Shown in pieces: positions 27,424 through 37,329 of a DNA stretch of 64,000 bases. The notes beneath the pieces were generated by a model. That model was not told the DNA's origin, did not search any database, and saw only the letters and a program-made list of their open reading frames with translations. Both the position numbers and the translations under genes were made by a program. The DNA comes from Fibrobacterales bacterium. GTDB lineage: Bacteria > Fibrobacterota > Fibrobacteria > Fibrobacterales > JAOPTW01. The stretch covers positions 1 to 64,000 of the forward strand of contig JAOPTW010000010.1 of NCBI GenBank assembly GCA_051532035.1, read 5' to 3'. The number at the start of each line of letters is the position of its first letter. Within the stretch, counting starts at the first letter, position 1.

Positions 27424-30183
27424 ATGGATACTGGCATGGATACCTCCACTACTTTTTTAAAAGAACAGACCATTCGACTTACTATTAACACAGTAAAAAA
27501 ATGTGCCCTTCTCTTTACCTTTATTACAAGCCTCATAGGCAGTGGACTTGTAGTGGTGATGTTTTTCGCAGCAACATCTTCACTCAAAGCAGCAAGTGTA
27601 CCCCCGCAAGTGGTGGGCGGCTATACTCAGCTTATTCTTGAATACGAAAATATTCAAACAGCCCTCAACCAGAACAGCCTTACACTTCAGGATAGCGCAA
27701 AATACGTTATCCTCGACAATCTCGACACAGAGCTCACACTCTATTTACCTGATTCTGCACATCAATACGAAGCACTCCACAACCCAAGCTTTAACATACT
27801 TGATATACTCGACCAAACCACACTACTCTCATCAGGAGACACACTCTTCCTGTACAATGACCTTAAATCAGTCTTTTTAGCGACAAGCACAAACCCAATT
27901 GACAGTGGAACCCTCTCAATTGAATTCATACAAAATAATAGCGAAAAAATAATTATCGACTTTAAAGAGTTCCAATTCTACACCCCATGGTTTCTCAATA
28001 CCGACTCAAATGGAACAGTTACCCCTCAAGAGCCTATCATTGCTAATACTGGCACCTATACACAAGTCAACATTCTTGCCCACTCTTTTAACAACGCAGG
28101 CACCGACACCGTTGCGTGCAGCGCAGCAATCTGCCAATCCAACACCCTCCAATTTATCACTCCTGAAAATTCTACCATGACTTTTCACGCAACCCCATAT
28201 GGAGCTGAACTCGACAGCCTCCCTGTAATCAATGGCTTTGCATCCTTCTACATTTATAACCTCGATAGTTCAGCTAGTACTACTTTTTCACTAGCCGGTG
28301 CGCCTGACCTCAATAACAACAATCGACTAACCTATACACACACTGCTGGTGTCACCTTTAACCTCTCTCCCGCCCCTATCCTAGACAGGGCAGAGATGTA
28401 CGACACCAACGGTGATGCGATAGGCGACAGCCTTGTTATCACCTACAAAGACGATATCATCACCAACATTCCAGATACCATTCAATATACCTGGCCTACA
28501 GAATCAGCCACACACACTCTTTCAAGTCATGACACCCCATCAATCAAGCCAGGAACATCAAACACCTTGACAGTAAAAAAGCCCTTCACCAGCAGCGCAA
28601 CAAGCATTCAAACCGGCCGAGTGCAGTCGCAATATATACTTGATAATGGTGACCTCTTTAAAGACCAAACAATAATACTCGATAAAATTGGACCAAAGCT
28701 CACTCAAGCCACACTACAATCAGGAGAAGCAGGACTCCCCGACACTCTCTACACAAATTTCTCTGAACCCCTCAAAGAGCAAACATACAGCGGGGAACTT
28801 TTCTTAACCAACAACAACACTCCAGTAGTTGCTACGGGCACCCAATTAGAAAATGGACGCTGGACCTTCATAGTAGACAAAGGGCTAATAATACCCAACA
28901 ATTTTTTAACCCTTAACAGTACTTCGCTCATCACCGACACTTCACTCAACAAGCCACACAGCAACAACAACGGAGTCACCATAGCATCATCACCCAGCTT
29001 ACCCACACTCGCACATAACAACGGTGGCTATTATGACATGGACAATAACGGGGCTCTTGATAGAATCACACTACTCTTTACAGAACCCATCAGTGAAGAG
29101 ATGCTTATCCATAGCGACATTATCTGCACCTGGCCCAATTCATCCAATACACTCATTACCTTACACAGTGGCGGCACCCTCACCCTAAACCCTTCAAATC
29201 CACTCGAAATATTTTTTGACATCCCTGAAGAGACCAATATTAAACAGGGAGTCACCACCATGGATTCAAGTTTTGGGACACCACTTTTGATTAACAACTA
29301 TATCAGCCCTGCAACCAATAGCGCAATAAATGACACCACCCCCATTTCTCTCAACGATCACATTGCCCCTCTATTAATGAGCTCACACCTTACCCCCTCT
29401 TCGAGCCCCAGCGACCCCGACACACTCTCCTTTACCTTTAGTGAAGCCATCATCTCTGACACAGACTTCCACTCCTTCACACTCAATGGGTACACCAATC
29501 TCGAACATACCACCCCTCTCACATTTTCAACGAACTCCCCCAACACCGCTTTCGGAACAATCTCCCATGGGACACTCATCAATTCAAGAAACAGAGCGGG
29601 CGACTCCCTTATTACAGAGGCATATACATTCAACGTAAAAGACCTTCACAACAACAACGCCTCATCAACTTCTTTACAGATAACAGGGAGCCACAGAATC
29701 AGCACTCACTACAACACCTTTGCAACCTACGAGCCACTCAACAGCAACCTCATTGAACAGACAGCCATCACCGAAGAGTTCCTCACGGAGGAAGAGAGCC
29801 TCCTCTTTCTTGATAGGAAAGACAAAATTGGCTACCTCCTTGACCTAACCATGGGAATACCAGAAGAAAATATAAACACCCTCAACCTCGAAGAGATATC
29901 ATTCAGTTATCAACTCTTTTTCCATAATACTGAGGGGCAAGAAGTGATAGACCAAAAAGGCACCATTCCTTGTAATAGTGACGGCTTCAACGGAAACTGT
30001 TTTGAAAATCCAAAAAAAATATTAATCAACTGGAACTTCAAATCTAATGACGGTCGTTTCATTGCAAGTGGCGTTTACTACAGTCAGCTCATCATCACTA
30101 TCACCACCCCCAATGCATCAACAAGCATTCACTACAGTAAAAAATGCGGCGTTCTTAGAGGCAACAACCAAAACCCTTTTTAG
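27424..30183 (+). CDS. Secreted Ig-like repeat protein with shared C-terminal sorting-like domain
   Basis: N-terminal hydrophobic segment; YDTNGDAIGD and YDMDNNGALD modules, DTL..FSE modules; C-terminal WNFKSNDGRFIASGVY...GVLR. Confidence 0.8.
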   Translation: MDTGMDTSTTFLKEQTIRLTINTVKKCALLFTFITSLIGSGLVVVMFFAATSSLKAASVPPQVVGGYTQLILEYENIQTALNQNSLTLQDSAKYVILDNLDTELTLYLPDSAHQYEALHNPSFNILDILDQTTLLSSGDTLFLYNDLKSVFLATSTNPIDSGTLSIEFIQNNSEKIIIDFKEFQFYTPWFLNTDSNGTVTPQEPIIANTGTYTQVNILAHSFNNAGTDTVACSAAICQSNTLQFITPENSTMTFHATPYGAELDSLPVINGFASFYIYNLDSSASTTFSLAGAPDLNNNNRLTYTHTAGVTFNLSPAPILDRAEMYDTNGDAIGDSLVITYKDDIITNIPDTIQYTWPTESATHTLSSHDTPSIKPGTSNTLTVKKPFTSSATSIQTGRVQSQYILDNGDLFKDQTIILDKIGPKLTQATLQSGEAGLPDTLYTNFSEPLKEQTYSGELFLTNNNTPVVATGTQLENGRWTFIVDKGLIIPNNFLTLNSTSLITDTSLNKPHSNNNGVTIASSPSLPTLAHNNGGYYDMDNNGALDRITLLFTEPISEEMLIHSDIICTWPNSSNTLITLHSGGTLTLNPSNPLEIFFDIPEETNIKQGVTTMDSSFGTPLLINNYISPATNSAINDTTPISLNDHIAPLLMSSHLTPSSSPSDPDTLSFTFSEAIISDTDFHSFTLNGYTNLEHTTPLTFSTNSPNTAFGTISHGTLINSRNRAGDSLITEAYTFNVKDLHNNNASSTSLQITGSHRISTHYNTFATYEPLNSNLIEQTAITEEFLTEEESLLFLDRKDKIGYLLDLTMGIPEENINTLNLEEISFSYQLFFHNTEGQEVIDQKGTIPCNSDGFNGNCFENPKKILINWNFKSNDGRFIASGVYYSQLIITITTPNASTSIHYSKKCGVLRGNNQNPF

Positions 30184-30207
30184 TTCTCACAACCCTATAG
30201 AAAAGCA

Positions 30208-30247
30208 AAAAAGAGAAGCCGGGCAGAAATGCCCGGCTTCTCTTTTT
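30208..30247 (+). terminator. Strong intrinsic terminator
   Basis: 18-bp perfect inverted repeat AAAAAGAGAAGCCGGGCA-GAAA-TGCCCGGCTTCTCTTTTT with GNRA loop. Confidence 0.9.
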
Positions 30248-30422
30248 CCATTTAATACCCCAAAAACCAGCCCCAAACCCCTCAATACATTGTATATCTT
30301 ATTGATGACTTTTTAATACTTGTTTCATACTAATATCACCCATAAAGCCACTAAAAACAACTACTTATATATACCTTATACGCCTAATATTAATTTATTT
30401 AATTTATTTATATATAATTTTG

Positions 30423-30451
30423 TTTCATCTATACTCAATTTGCGGTATCTT
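30423..30451 (+). promoter_or_regulatory. Sigma-70-type promoter candidate
   Basis: TTTCAT-N17-TATCTT with very AT-rich upstream region; GGAG SD before the ATG at 30481. Confidence 0.4.
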
Positions 30452-30480
30452 TAAAGAAGGCAATTACGCCGGAGTACATT

Positions 30481-33400
30481 ATGAAAACACTACTATTTAT
30501 AACCACACTCCTCTTCTCAATCAACACTCTATTTGCTGCGTTCACAACCCTCGGGTTTGACCATGGTGACCGCAACATTGTAAACGATATGAATGCACTT
30601 TATGGAGAAGACAACTGGGAACGTATTGATGACTACGGCACGGAAGTAAACGACCAAAAATGGACTACACGCCTCGAAGGCGATATTGTCATCAAAGGAA
30701 AATTCGCATCACTCGTTCATGAATTTGGATATCGTGATGGTTCTGAGGGCGGCGAGTTCGTTTCACTCCTCCCTGAAATCAGAGGAAGCCGTGGACTCTA
30801 CAGTAAAAGCCAACAAGAGAACGAAGGCACTGCCTACATTGCAAATGATTCTACCTATTTCAGGTTTATCTTAAAACTCAATGACATTAATTGGAGAGGC
30901 AACTGGTCATCATACGGACCTCGCTGGGAATGGAGCTCTGACCCTGCACAGAACAGAGCTGGCGAAGATCACGTTGTAACCTTTCGCATTATCGACAACA
31001 ACGGTGCAGCCTTTATAGACAACCGTATCGGCATGTTTGTTATCGCATGGGAAGACCTCGACTTTGAAGGAACCTACCTCTCTCGCTCTGACAGAGACTA
31101 TGGCGATCTCATTGTAGAACTCCCTGGCGCAAAACCTGAGCACTTTGTTGATCCTAACGAATCACCTCTTACCCTTGCAAATCTTATAACTTGCAATGAA
31201 ATAATCACCAACTACACAGAAGTTTCAATGACAAGCACTCGAATAAAATTTGAAGATAGCGACAATCAACTTGAACAAAACGACAACCTACAGGTAGATT
31301 TCTTTACCATAGAATATGACTCAGAACCAGATTCCATCGAAGTTCTTACAAAAGCAGGAAGATTCACCGACAGTAACAGACTTTATTTTGTAGGCGACAA
31401 AGAACTTGACTCACTCGGCTTCCATATTGAGCTTGTTGAAAAAACCGATAGCTATGCAGTTATTGGCGTCGTAGGATACAGCAACCCTCATGCACTGAGC
31501 CACATCGAGTTTGACGTGTTCGACGCGACTCTCATGGTAACACCAGGAACAGCAACCCCGATCAAAAGAGTAATAGCCTGTAAAGAGGGGGAAACCCCTT
31601 CCTTAAGCTCTGAAACAACTATAAGCTCCGAAGAGAGCCACAATGAAGAGACAGAATCTTCAAGCCCTCTGGAACACTCATCAGAATTACACACAACTAC
31701 CTCATCAGAATCACGCACTACTGCATCATCAAATTCACACACTACCACCAATAGCAGTACAAACAACTCTCCTACAGAAGAAGACATCATTCTTATTGGA
31801 AGTAATCCAGACGGCTCAATATCATCCAATAGCAATGCCACAGTCAATCTCGACGGAACTCCAGTTGAAAACAGCTCATCAAATACCCAATCAACAGTCA
31901 CCCTTGATGGACAGAACCTCTCAAGCAATAGCCAAACCAATACTCAGGGTAATACCGACATTTCTCTTACCGGATCTAACAAAAATGCCCAGACAACTGA
32001 CTCGACTCATAGTTCAGTTTCTCTCAGCGGTGAAACCGTATCAGAAGCGGGCGACAACGATGGCGTTGACGGCATCAATCTAACCGGCAAATACCTTGAA
32101 CAAAAAAAGAAGGAAACAGAAGGCAGCACTAATCTCTCACTCAGTGGAAACAATAAGAATCACGGCACTGAAAATACATTAAACACCAGCACAATGACCT
32201 ATCTTTTTTCTGACTTAACAAATACACTTATTGCCGAAGCCTTTACGTCAGACCCCACAAACACCACTCAAACAAACACTAACACTAACGCTAACGGCTC
32301 AATGACCATAAGTGGCTACAGCATCAACAACTCTTTTGTATCACAAAAAGAGGGCAATTCAAATACTCACAAAAATTTTACTGAGTTATTTGGAAACGAT
32401 TACATCACTAAATATGTAACCGAACAAAACCTAGAAAGAACCCTCGACTCCAATACAACCCATGTAACAAGTGCGCAAATTTCACGAGCATCCAACGGCA
32501 AAGACACCCTAACACTCATCTATAATAGCACAATCTCTGACAACCAAACTATTGGTTCACTCGTAATAAATGGTGAAAACATCATTGTCACTTACATTGA
32601 AAGCGACAATGTAAACGAAATAACCCTTGTTCTCGATAGCTCACAAACCATTAGCGAAGGCACTCAATTTATTGAAATTTTTGACAGGGAAAACAATAAT
32701 CTATTTGAAGAACAATATGTATCAATTGAACGTTTCTCAATACTTCCCGAGCTTTCACAAAACGGCAACGGATACTTTGATCAAAATAGAGATGGCACTA
32801 TGGATAAAATAAAAGTGACCTTTGAAGGAGGCGTTACTCCTGAGATGCTTGAGGGTGCAACATTTAGCTTTAGCTGGATCAACAGCGATAATCAAGTCGA
32901 ATCATTCATCGCCCCCATTGCTCAAGTAACCATTGACCCCTCTCATACTGCGGTACTCTATTGGAATATTGAAGAGTTCTTTTCATCTGCTGCTAATCAT
33001 ACCGATTTTGATAGAGCCCATTACGGCTCAGCAGCTCTTCACTATACTTACACCGCAGATGGCATTACCCGATCAGTAGACAAAGCCATTACTATGCAAG
33101 ACTTCATGGCCCCTGTTATAATAGACGCAAAGCTCAATACTGGCGCACTGAGAGCATCTGCAGACACCCTCATTATCACACTCTCTGAAAAAATCAATAC
33201 AGGACGCATATCACAAAATGATCTCTTTGAATACAAATCAGAATCTGGTACTACCCTTTTAGAACCTACAGAGCTCACTTGGGTTAATGCAACAACTGTA
33301 AAACTTGTACTAGAAAGTGATGGTTCAATAATCATAGGCGATTCTATTCGCGTCAACAACTCTCCTTTTGGTCAATCGGGATATATTATTGACCTAGCAA

Positions 33401-33936
33401 ATAATTCAGCTATGGCAAACCCACTTTACGCTGAACTTGAGGGAGATCCTCGGATGCTTATTGAAAACGTATCCCTCAACTCATTTGACTCAGAAGATCC
33501 TGAAATACTAAAAGCCCCTGTAACTGAACTCAAATATGTCGATATGTACACTACCGCCTCGGATCTTCAAGAAACTGGTAGACTTGGTCACCTTATTGAA
33601 ATTGGCGCAAATACATTTCCTTACGCCGCAAAAGCATTCGAAAATGGTTCGTACGAACCAGAAGACTACGCATTTGACTATGCCATACATTATTACACTC
33701 AAAATGGCTCCTATGTCGCAGAAACCAAAGGCACCATCACTTGTGCTGATGCTGGATTTGAGGGAAACTGCCTAGAGAACCCCAGCAAGCTCTTTGTTCA
33801 GTGGAATTTTAAAACTGATCAAAACAAAGCTATCGCCACAGGGACCTACGTGGTAACTATGCAGCTTATTGTACGCAACCCAGAGCAAGCCGTAGTGCAA
33901 CAGGCTACCGACACCTGGGGAGTAATACGTCATTAG
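30481..33936 (+). CDS. Secreted protein: DUF4114-like N-domain, S/T/N-rich linker, shared C-terminal domain
   Basis: Signal peptide MKTLLFITTLLFSINTLFA; AWEDL...SDRDYGDLIV (DUF4114-like); YFDQNRDGTMD; GNCLENP...WNFK...ATGTY...GVIRH. Confidence 0.82.
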   Translation: MKTLLFITTLLFSINTLFAAFTTLGFDHGDRNIVNDMNALYGEDNWERIDDYGTEVNDQKWTTRLEGDIVIKGKFASLVHEFGYRDGSEGGEFVSLLPEIRGSRGLYSKSQQENEGTAYIANDSTYFRFILKLNDINWRGNWSSYGPRWEWSSDPAQNRAGEDHVVTFRIIDNNGAAFIDNRIGMFVIAWEDLDFEGTYLSRSDRDYGDLIVELPGAKPEHFVDPNESPLTLANLITCNEIITNYTEVSMTSTRIKFEDSDNQLEQNDNLQVDFFTIEYDSEPDSIEVLTKAGRFTDSNRLYFVGDKELDSLGFHIELVEKTDSYAVIGVVGYSNPHALSHIEFDVFDATLMVTPGTATPIKRVIACKEGETPSLSSETTISSEESHNEETESSSPLEHSSELHTTTSSESRTTASSNSHTTTNSSTNNSPTEEDIILIGSNPDGSISSNSNATVNLDGTPVENSSSNTQSTVTLDGQNLSSNSQTNTQGNTDISLTGSNKNAQTTDSTHSSVSLSGETVSEAGDNDGVDGINLTGKYLEQKKKETEGSTNLSLSGNNKNHGTENTLNTSTMTYLFSDLTNTLIAEAFTSDPTNTTQTNTNTNANGSMTISGYSINNSFVSQKEGNSNTHKNFTELFGNDYITKYVTEQNLERTLDSNTTHVTSAQISRASNGKDTLTLIYNSTISDNQTIGSLVINGENIIVTYIESDNVNEITLVLDSSQTISEGTQFIEIFDRENNNLFEEQYVSIERFSILPELSQNGNGYFDQNRDGTMDKIKVTFEGGVTPEMLEGATFSFSWINSDNQVESFIAPIAQVTIDPSHTAVLYWNIEEFFSSAANHTDFDRAHYGSAALHYTYTADGITRSVDKAITMQDFMAPVIIDAKLNTGALRASADTLIITLSEKINTGRISQNDLFEYKSESGTTLLEPTELTWVNATTVKLVLESDGSIIIGDSIRVNNSPFGQSGYIIDLANNSAMANPLYAELEGDPRMLIENVSLNSFDSEDPEILKAPVTELKYVDMYTTASDLQETGRLGHLIEIGANTFPYAAKAFENGSYEPEDYAFDYAIHYYTQNGSYVAETKGTITCADAGFEGNCLENPSKLFVQWNFKTDQNKAIATGTYVVTMQLIVRNPEQAVVQQATDTWGVIRH

Positions 33937-33991
33937 CTTACCCAAATCAATGTATACACTTTTAATACTTATATCTATTGTAATACTCATA

Positions 33992-34016
33992 AAACAAGGG
34001 CTTTTTGCCCTTGTTT
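33992..34016 (+). terminator. Hairpin / likely terminator
   Basis: AAACAAGGGC-ttttt-GCCCTTGTTT. Confidence 0.55.
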
Positions 34017-34056
34017 ATGTTAGATTTAATAGAAGATAACTTATGGAATTCAAATT

Positions 34057-34791
34057 ATGGACCAGGCACTCTCTCTTATCATTCTTGATAAAAACAAAGA
34101 GCACCTCCGAGCGCTCTTGGAATTTCTCAACGCTACTGAGATACAAGTTTACTCCCTCAACAGTATTGAAGAACTTTTCGATAAAGCCTGTACAATAGGC
34201 CCCAATGCAATCATTTGTGACCACAAGAACATCGATACAGAACTTGCTCAAACACTGATGAAACTCAAGGGAGAAGACAAAACCAAACACACTCCATTTT
34301 TTGTTCTGGGCACCAAGATTCCCAAACCTCTTGCTAATCAATACTCCATTCGCGGTGCAGAGGTCGTTTCACAAGATCTAACCCCTTTAGAGCTTCTCTC
34401 TACTGTGTTCCCCGAGTATATTGCCACCTTCTCAAGTATCGCCGAAAACGCCAAACTTGAAGAAATAAAAAGCACCATTGGCACCATTCAATCACTTGAA
34501 CTAAAAATCAATTCAGACAATTGGGATCTCCTCAGAACCTGGTCATCCGAAGAGATGTATCGAATTAAAGACGGCATCCTCATTGTAAACCTATTAGAGT
34601 GTGACTTTGTAAACAGCGAAGGCATTGGCACCCTTATTACCTTATTGCATGAATGCCGAAACTACAATGTACAATATTATATTATGTCGGCCGATGACCA
34701 CTTTAAAAGCACCATTGGGCAGACAGGCTTACTCGAAATTTTTACCATTGTATCAGATCATCAAGAGCTAAAAAAGTTAGCAACAAAGTAA
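34057..34791 (+). CDS. Degenerate receiver domain fused to STAS (anti-anti-sigma) domain
   Basis: REC-like IIILDKN...PNAIICD...TKHTPFFVL; STAS-like IVNLLECDFVNSEGIGTL...TGLLEIF. Confidence 0.72.
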   Translation: MDQALSLIILDKNKEHLRALLEFLNATEIQVYSLNSIEELFDKACTIGPNAIICDHKNIDTELAQTLMKLKGEDKTKHTPFFVLGTKIPKPLANQYSIRGAEVVSQDLTPLELLSTVFPEYIATFSSIAENAKLEEIKSTIGTIQSLELKINSDNWDLLRTWSSEEMYRIKDGILIVNLLECDFVNSEGIGTLITLLHECRNYNVQYYIMSADDHFKSTIGQTGLLEIFTIVSDHQELKKLATK

Positions 34792-34792
34792 C

Positions 34793-36163
34793 ATGAAAAT
34801 AGAGAGCAGCTTCCTAGACAAATACAATGTTGCCGGCCCCCGGTATACATCATACCCTCCCGCACCCTATTTTCAGGAAGAGGGTAATATTGATCTTTTT
34901 AAAAAAGTCATTGAACAGTCAAATTCTGATTCAAAAAATATCTCTTTTTATGCCCATATCCCTTTTTGTCCAACACTGTGCTATTACTGCGGCTGTACAA
35001 CAGAGATAACCACCAAACAGGATAGAATTAGCGCCTACTTTGAGATGATGCGTAAAGAGCGTAAAAACCTCTTTCCCCTTATTGATAGCTCACGACCTGT
35101 ATCACAAATTCACTTTGGAGGCGGTACTCCCAATGCCGTTTCTACCGATTACTTAAAAGAGATTGTAGACTCAATTGGTTCTCGCTACTCCTTTGCAGAC
35201 AATGCTGAGATTGCCATTGAAGTCAACCCTAATCATACCTCATTTGAACAATTGAAAACCTTGCGCGAAATTGGGTTTAACCGCATTTCAATAGGCCTAC
35301 AAGATTTTAAAAAAGATGTACTGGATTTTGTTAATAGAGGATTCCCTGAGATCCCTCCCAAAGAGCTTATTGATTACTGTCGAGATCTCGGTTTTACCGG
35401 AATCAACCTCGACCTCATTTATGGGCTTCCTGGTCAGAACGTTGAAAGCTTTCAAGATACCATCGCCCAAACGGTCGATGCAAACCCTGATCGCATTGCC
35501 GCATTTAGCTATGCCCATGTGCCTTGGGTTAAAAAGAGTCAGAAAGTATTAGAAAAAATGGGCCTCCCATCCCCAGAAGATAAAATTGCCATGGCAGTTG
35601 ATTCTCATAATCTTTTTCTGGACGCAGGATATGACTGTATCGGTATGGATCACTTTGCAAAACCAAGCGACCTATTATCTATTTCAAAGCAATCTAAAAC
35701 ACTCCATAGAAATTTCCAAGGATACTGTTCTCAACAAACTACAGGCCAAGTGTACGGTTTGGGTGCATCTTCTATTGGTCAACTCGATAGTGCATACATT
35801 CAAAACCAAAGATCAGCTGAGACCTTTGGTAAAGCGATTACAGAGACAGGTTTCTCTTTTAATAAATTATATCAACTCTCCCCAGAAAATCAACTCTACC
35901 GCAACATTATAAATCAAATTATGTGTAATGGGTCATTGAGTAAATCGATGCTTGAATCATTTGAAATGAACACTTCTCAAATAGAACACATTGAAGCGGG
36001 AATTTCTGCCTGTGACGCCTATGAGGCTGATCAACTACTCGTAAAAACTGATGATGGGTTTGAGCTCACTGAACTTGGAATGCTCGTCCCTCGAGTTATT
36101 GCCATGAAGTTTGACCCACTCTTAACAGAATCGAGTGAAGGGAAATACTCTAAGACCATTTAA
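34793..36163 (+). CDS. hemN: Oxygen-independent coproporphyrinogen III oxidase
   Basis: GPRYTSYP, HIPFCPTLCYYCGC, HFGGGTP, YAHVPW, GMDHFA, HRNFQGY. Confidence 0.96.
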   Translation: MKIESSFLDKYNVAGPRYTSYPPAPYFQEEGNIDLFKKVIEQSNSDSKNISFYAHIPFCPTLCYYCGCTTEITTKQDRISAYFEMMRKERKNLFPLIDSSRPVSQIHFGGGTPNAVSTDYLKEIVDSIGSRYSFADNAEIAIEVNPNHTSFEQLKTLREIGFNRISIGLQDFKKDVLDFVNRGFPEIPPKELIDYCRDLGFTGINLDLIYGLPGQNVESFQDTIAQTVDANPDRIAAFSYAHVPWVKKSQKVLEKMGLPSPEDKIAMAVDSHNLFLDAGYDCIGMDHFAKPSDLLSISKQSKTLHRNFQGYCSQQTTGQVYGLGASSIGQLDSAYIQNQRSAETFGKAITETGFSFNKLYQLSPENQLYRNIINQIMCNGSLSKSMLESFEMNTSQIEHIEAGISACDAYEADQLLVKTDDGFELTELGMLVPRVIAMKFDPLLTESSEGKYSKTI

Positions 36164-36217
36164 AACTCTTAGATTTCTTTGATACTTCAAAATACTGTCA
36201 CATAAATATATCAAGAC

Positions 36218-36251
36218 AAAAAAAAGGCTATCTCAAAGAGATAGCCTTTTT
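36218..36251. terminator. Bidirectional terminator between convergent hemN and porin
   Basis: AAAAAGGCTATCTC-aaa-GAGATAGCCTTTTT. Confidence 0.85.
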
Positions 36252-36273
36252 AATTTAAGCAATCAGACTCTGA

Positions 36274-37287
36274 TTAGAATCCAACTTTAGTGTAAACACC
36301 AAGAGATTGTTTTTGTTCTGTATCATTTATTTCGTCATCAGCTGTTCTGTAAATTAAAGCCATGAGAAGGTTTTTTTCGAATGCATACTCAAGTCCGATA
36401 TCTGCAGCCCAGACACCAGATTTATCCGCATAGGTTGCCCAGTTTTGAAAATTTATGAATGCCTCGACTTTTTCAACAACAAACGCGGCAGCTATAAATT
36501 CAGCGCCCCATACTTGAGCTCCATTAGCATCTGAACCACCCTTATTGACTGTAGTATATCCTGTTGCACCCAATCTCAACATATCGTGTTTCCATCCAAC
36601 AAATGCAGAGGTCATCGACTGCATTTTTTTATCAGTACCATCTTCAAATTTATCATTTTCTAAAAATGGATTAATTGATTGATAGATAGAAGCCTGAATC
36701 ATTCCAGCTTTATACCCTGCATAGAGAGCAAAAAGTGGGTCTTGTGCACCTTTACCAAGTTTTGTGTAGCCATTACCTGAAACTACTGACGCTTTAACAT
36801 TAATTTGATCATTCACTTTAAGGTTAACACTAACACCATTATCAGATGAACCCGAACCATCACCAACTTTTACTTGATTCGTTATATCGGGACTCACTAC
36901 AAATGCTGGCGAACTTTGAATGCTAATTGGGTTCCAACCATAATAGGCTTTACCAAAAAACTTGTATGAATCAAGAAAAGATGATGTGACTTGTAAACCT
37001 GTTGTCATCTTAAGAGTTTCTGTAAGTGGAATAGAAACATATGCATATTTAAGATACATAAATGATTTCGATGCAGCTTCTGGCTTTACATCCAAAGTGA
37101 TCTTTGCTTCAGCGCCACTCTCAAACTTTGTCTTATATCCAATATAGGCTCTTTTATATTCAAATTGAACATCGTCTTTATCGATATCCCAATTAAAGTT
37201 AGAACGAATTGTTCCAAATGACCCACCAGCTACTGCTGTTCCTACCAACGCAGTGAGAACCGCACCTGTTACTAATAGTTTTTTCAT
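36274..37287 (-). CDS. Outer-membrane beta-barrel porin-like protein
   Basis: Signal peptide; FEYKRAYIGY...YLKYAYV; amphipathic beta pattern; terminal Phe (VYTKVGF). Confidence 0.75.
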   Translation of the reverse strand: MKKLLVTGAVLTALVGTAVAGGSFGTIRSNFNWDIDKDDVQFEYKRAYIGYKTKFESGAEAKITLDVKPEAASKSFMYLKYAYVSIPLTETLKMTTGLQVTSSFLDSYKFFGKAYYGWNPISIQSSPAFVVSPDITNQVKVGDGSGSSDNGVSVNLKVNDQINVKASVVSGNGYTKLGKGAQDPLFALYAGYKAGMIQASIYQSINPFLENDKFEDGTDKKMQSMTSAFVGWKHDMLRLGATGYTTVNKGGSDANGAQVWGAEFIAAAFVVEKVEAFINFQNWATYADKSGVWAADIGLEYAFEKNLLMALIYRTADDEINDTEQKQSLGVYTKVGF

Positions 37288-37329
37288 TGTACCTTCCTTA
37301 ATGATTGTGTATTGGTTGTTTAATTTTTT

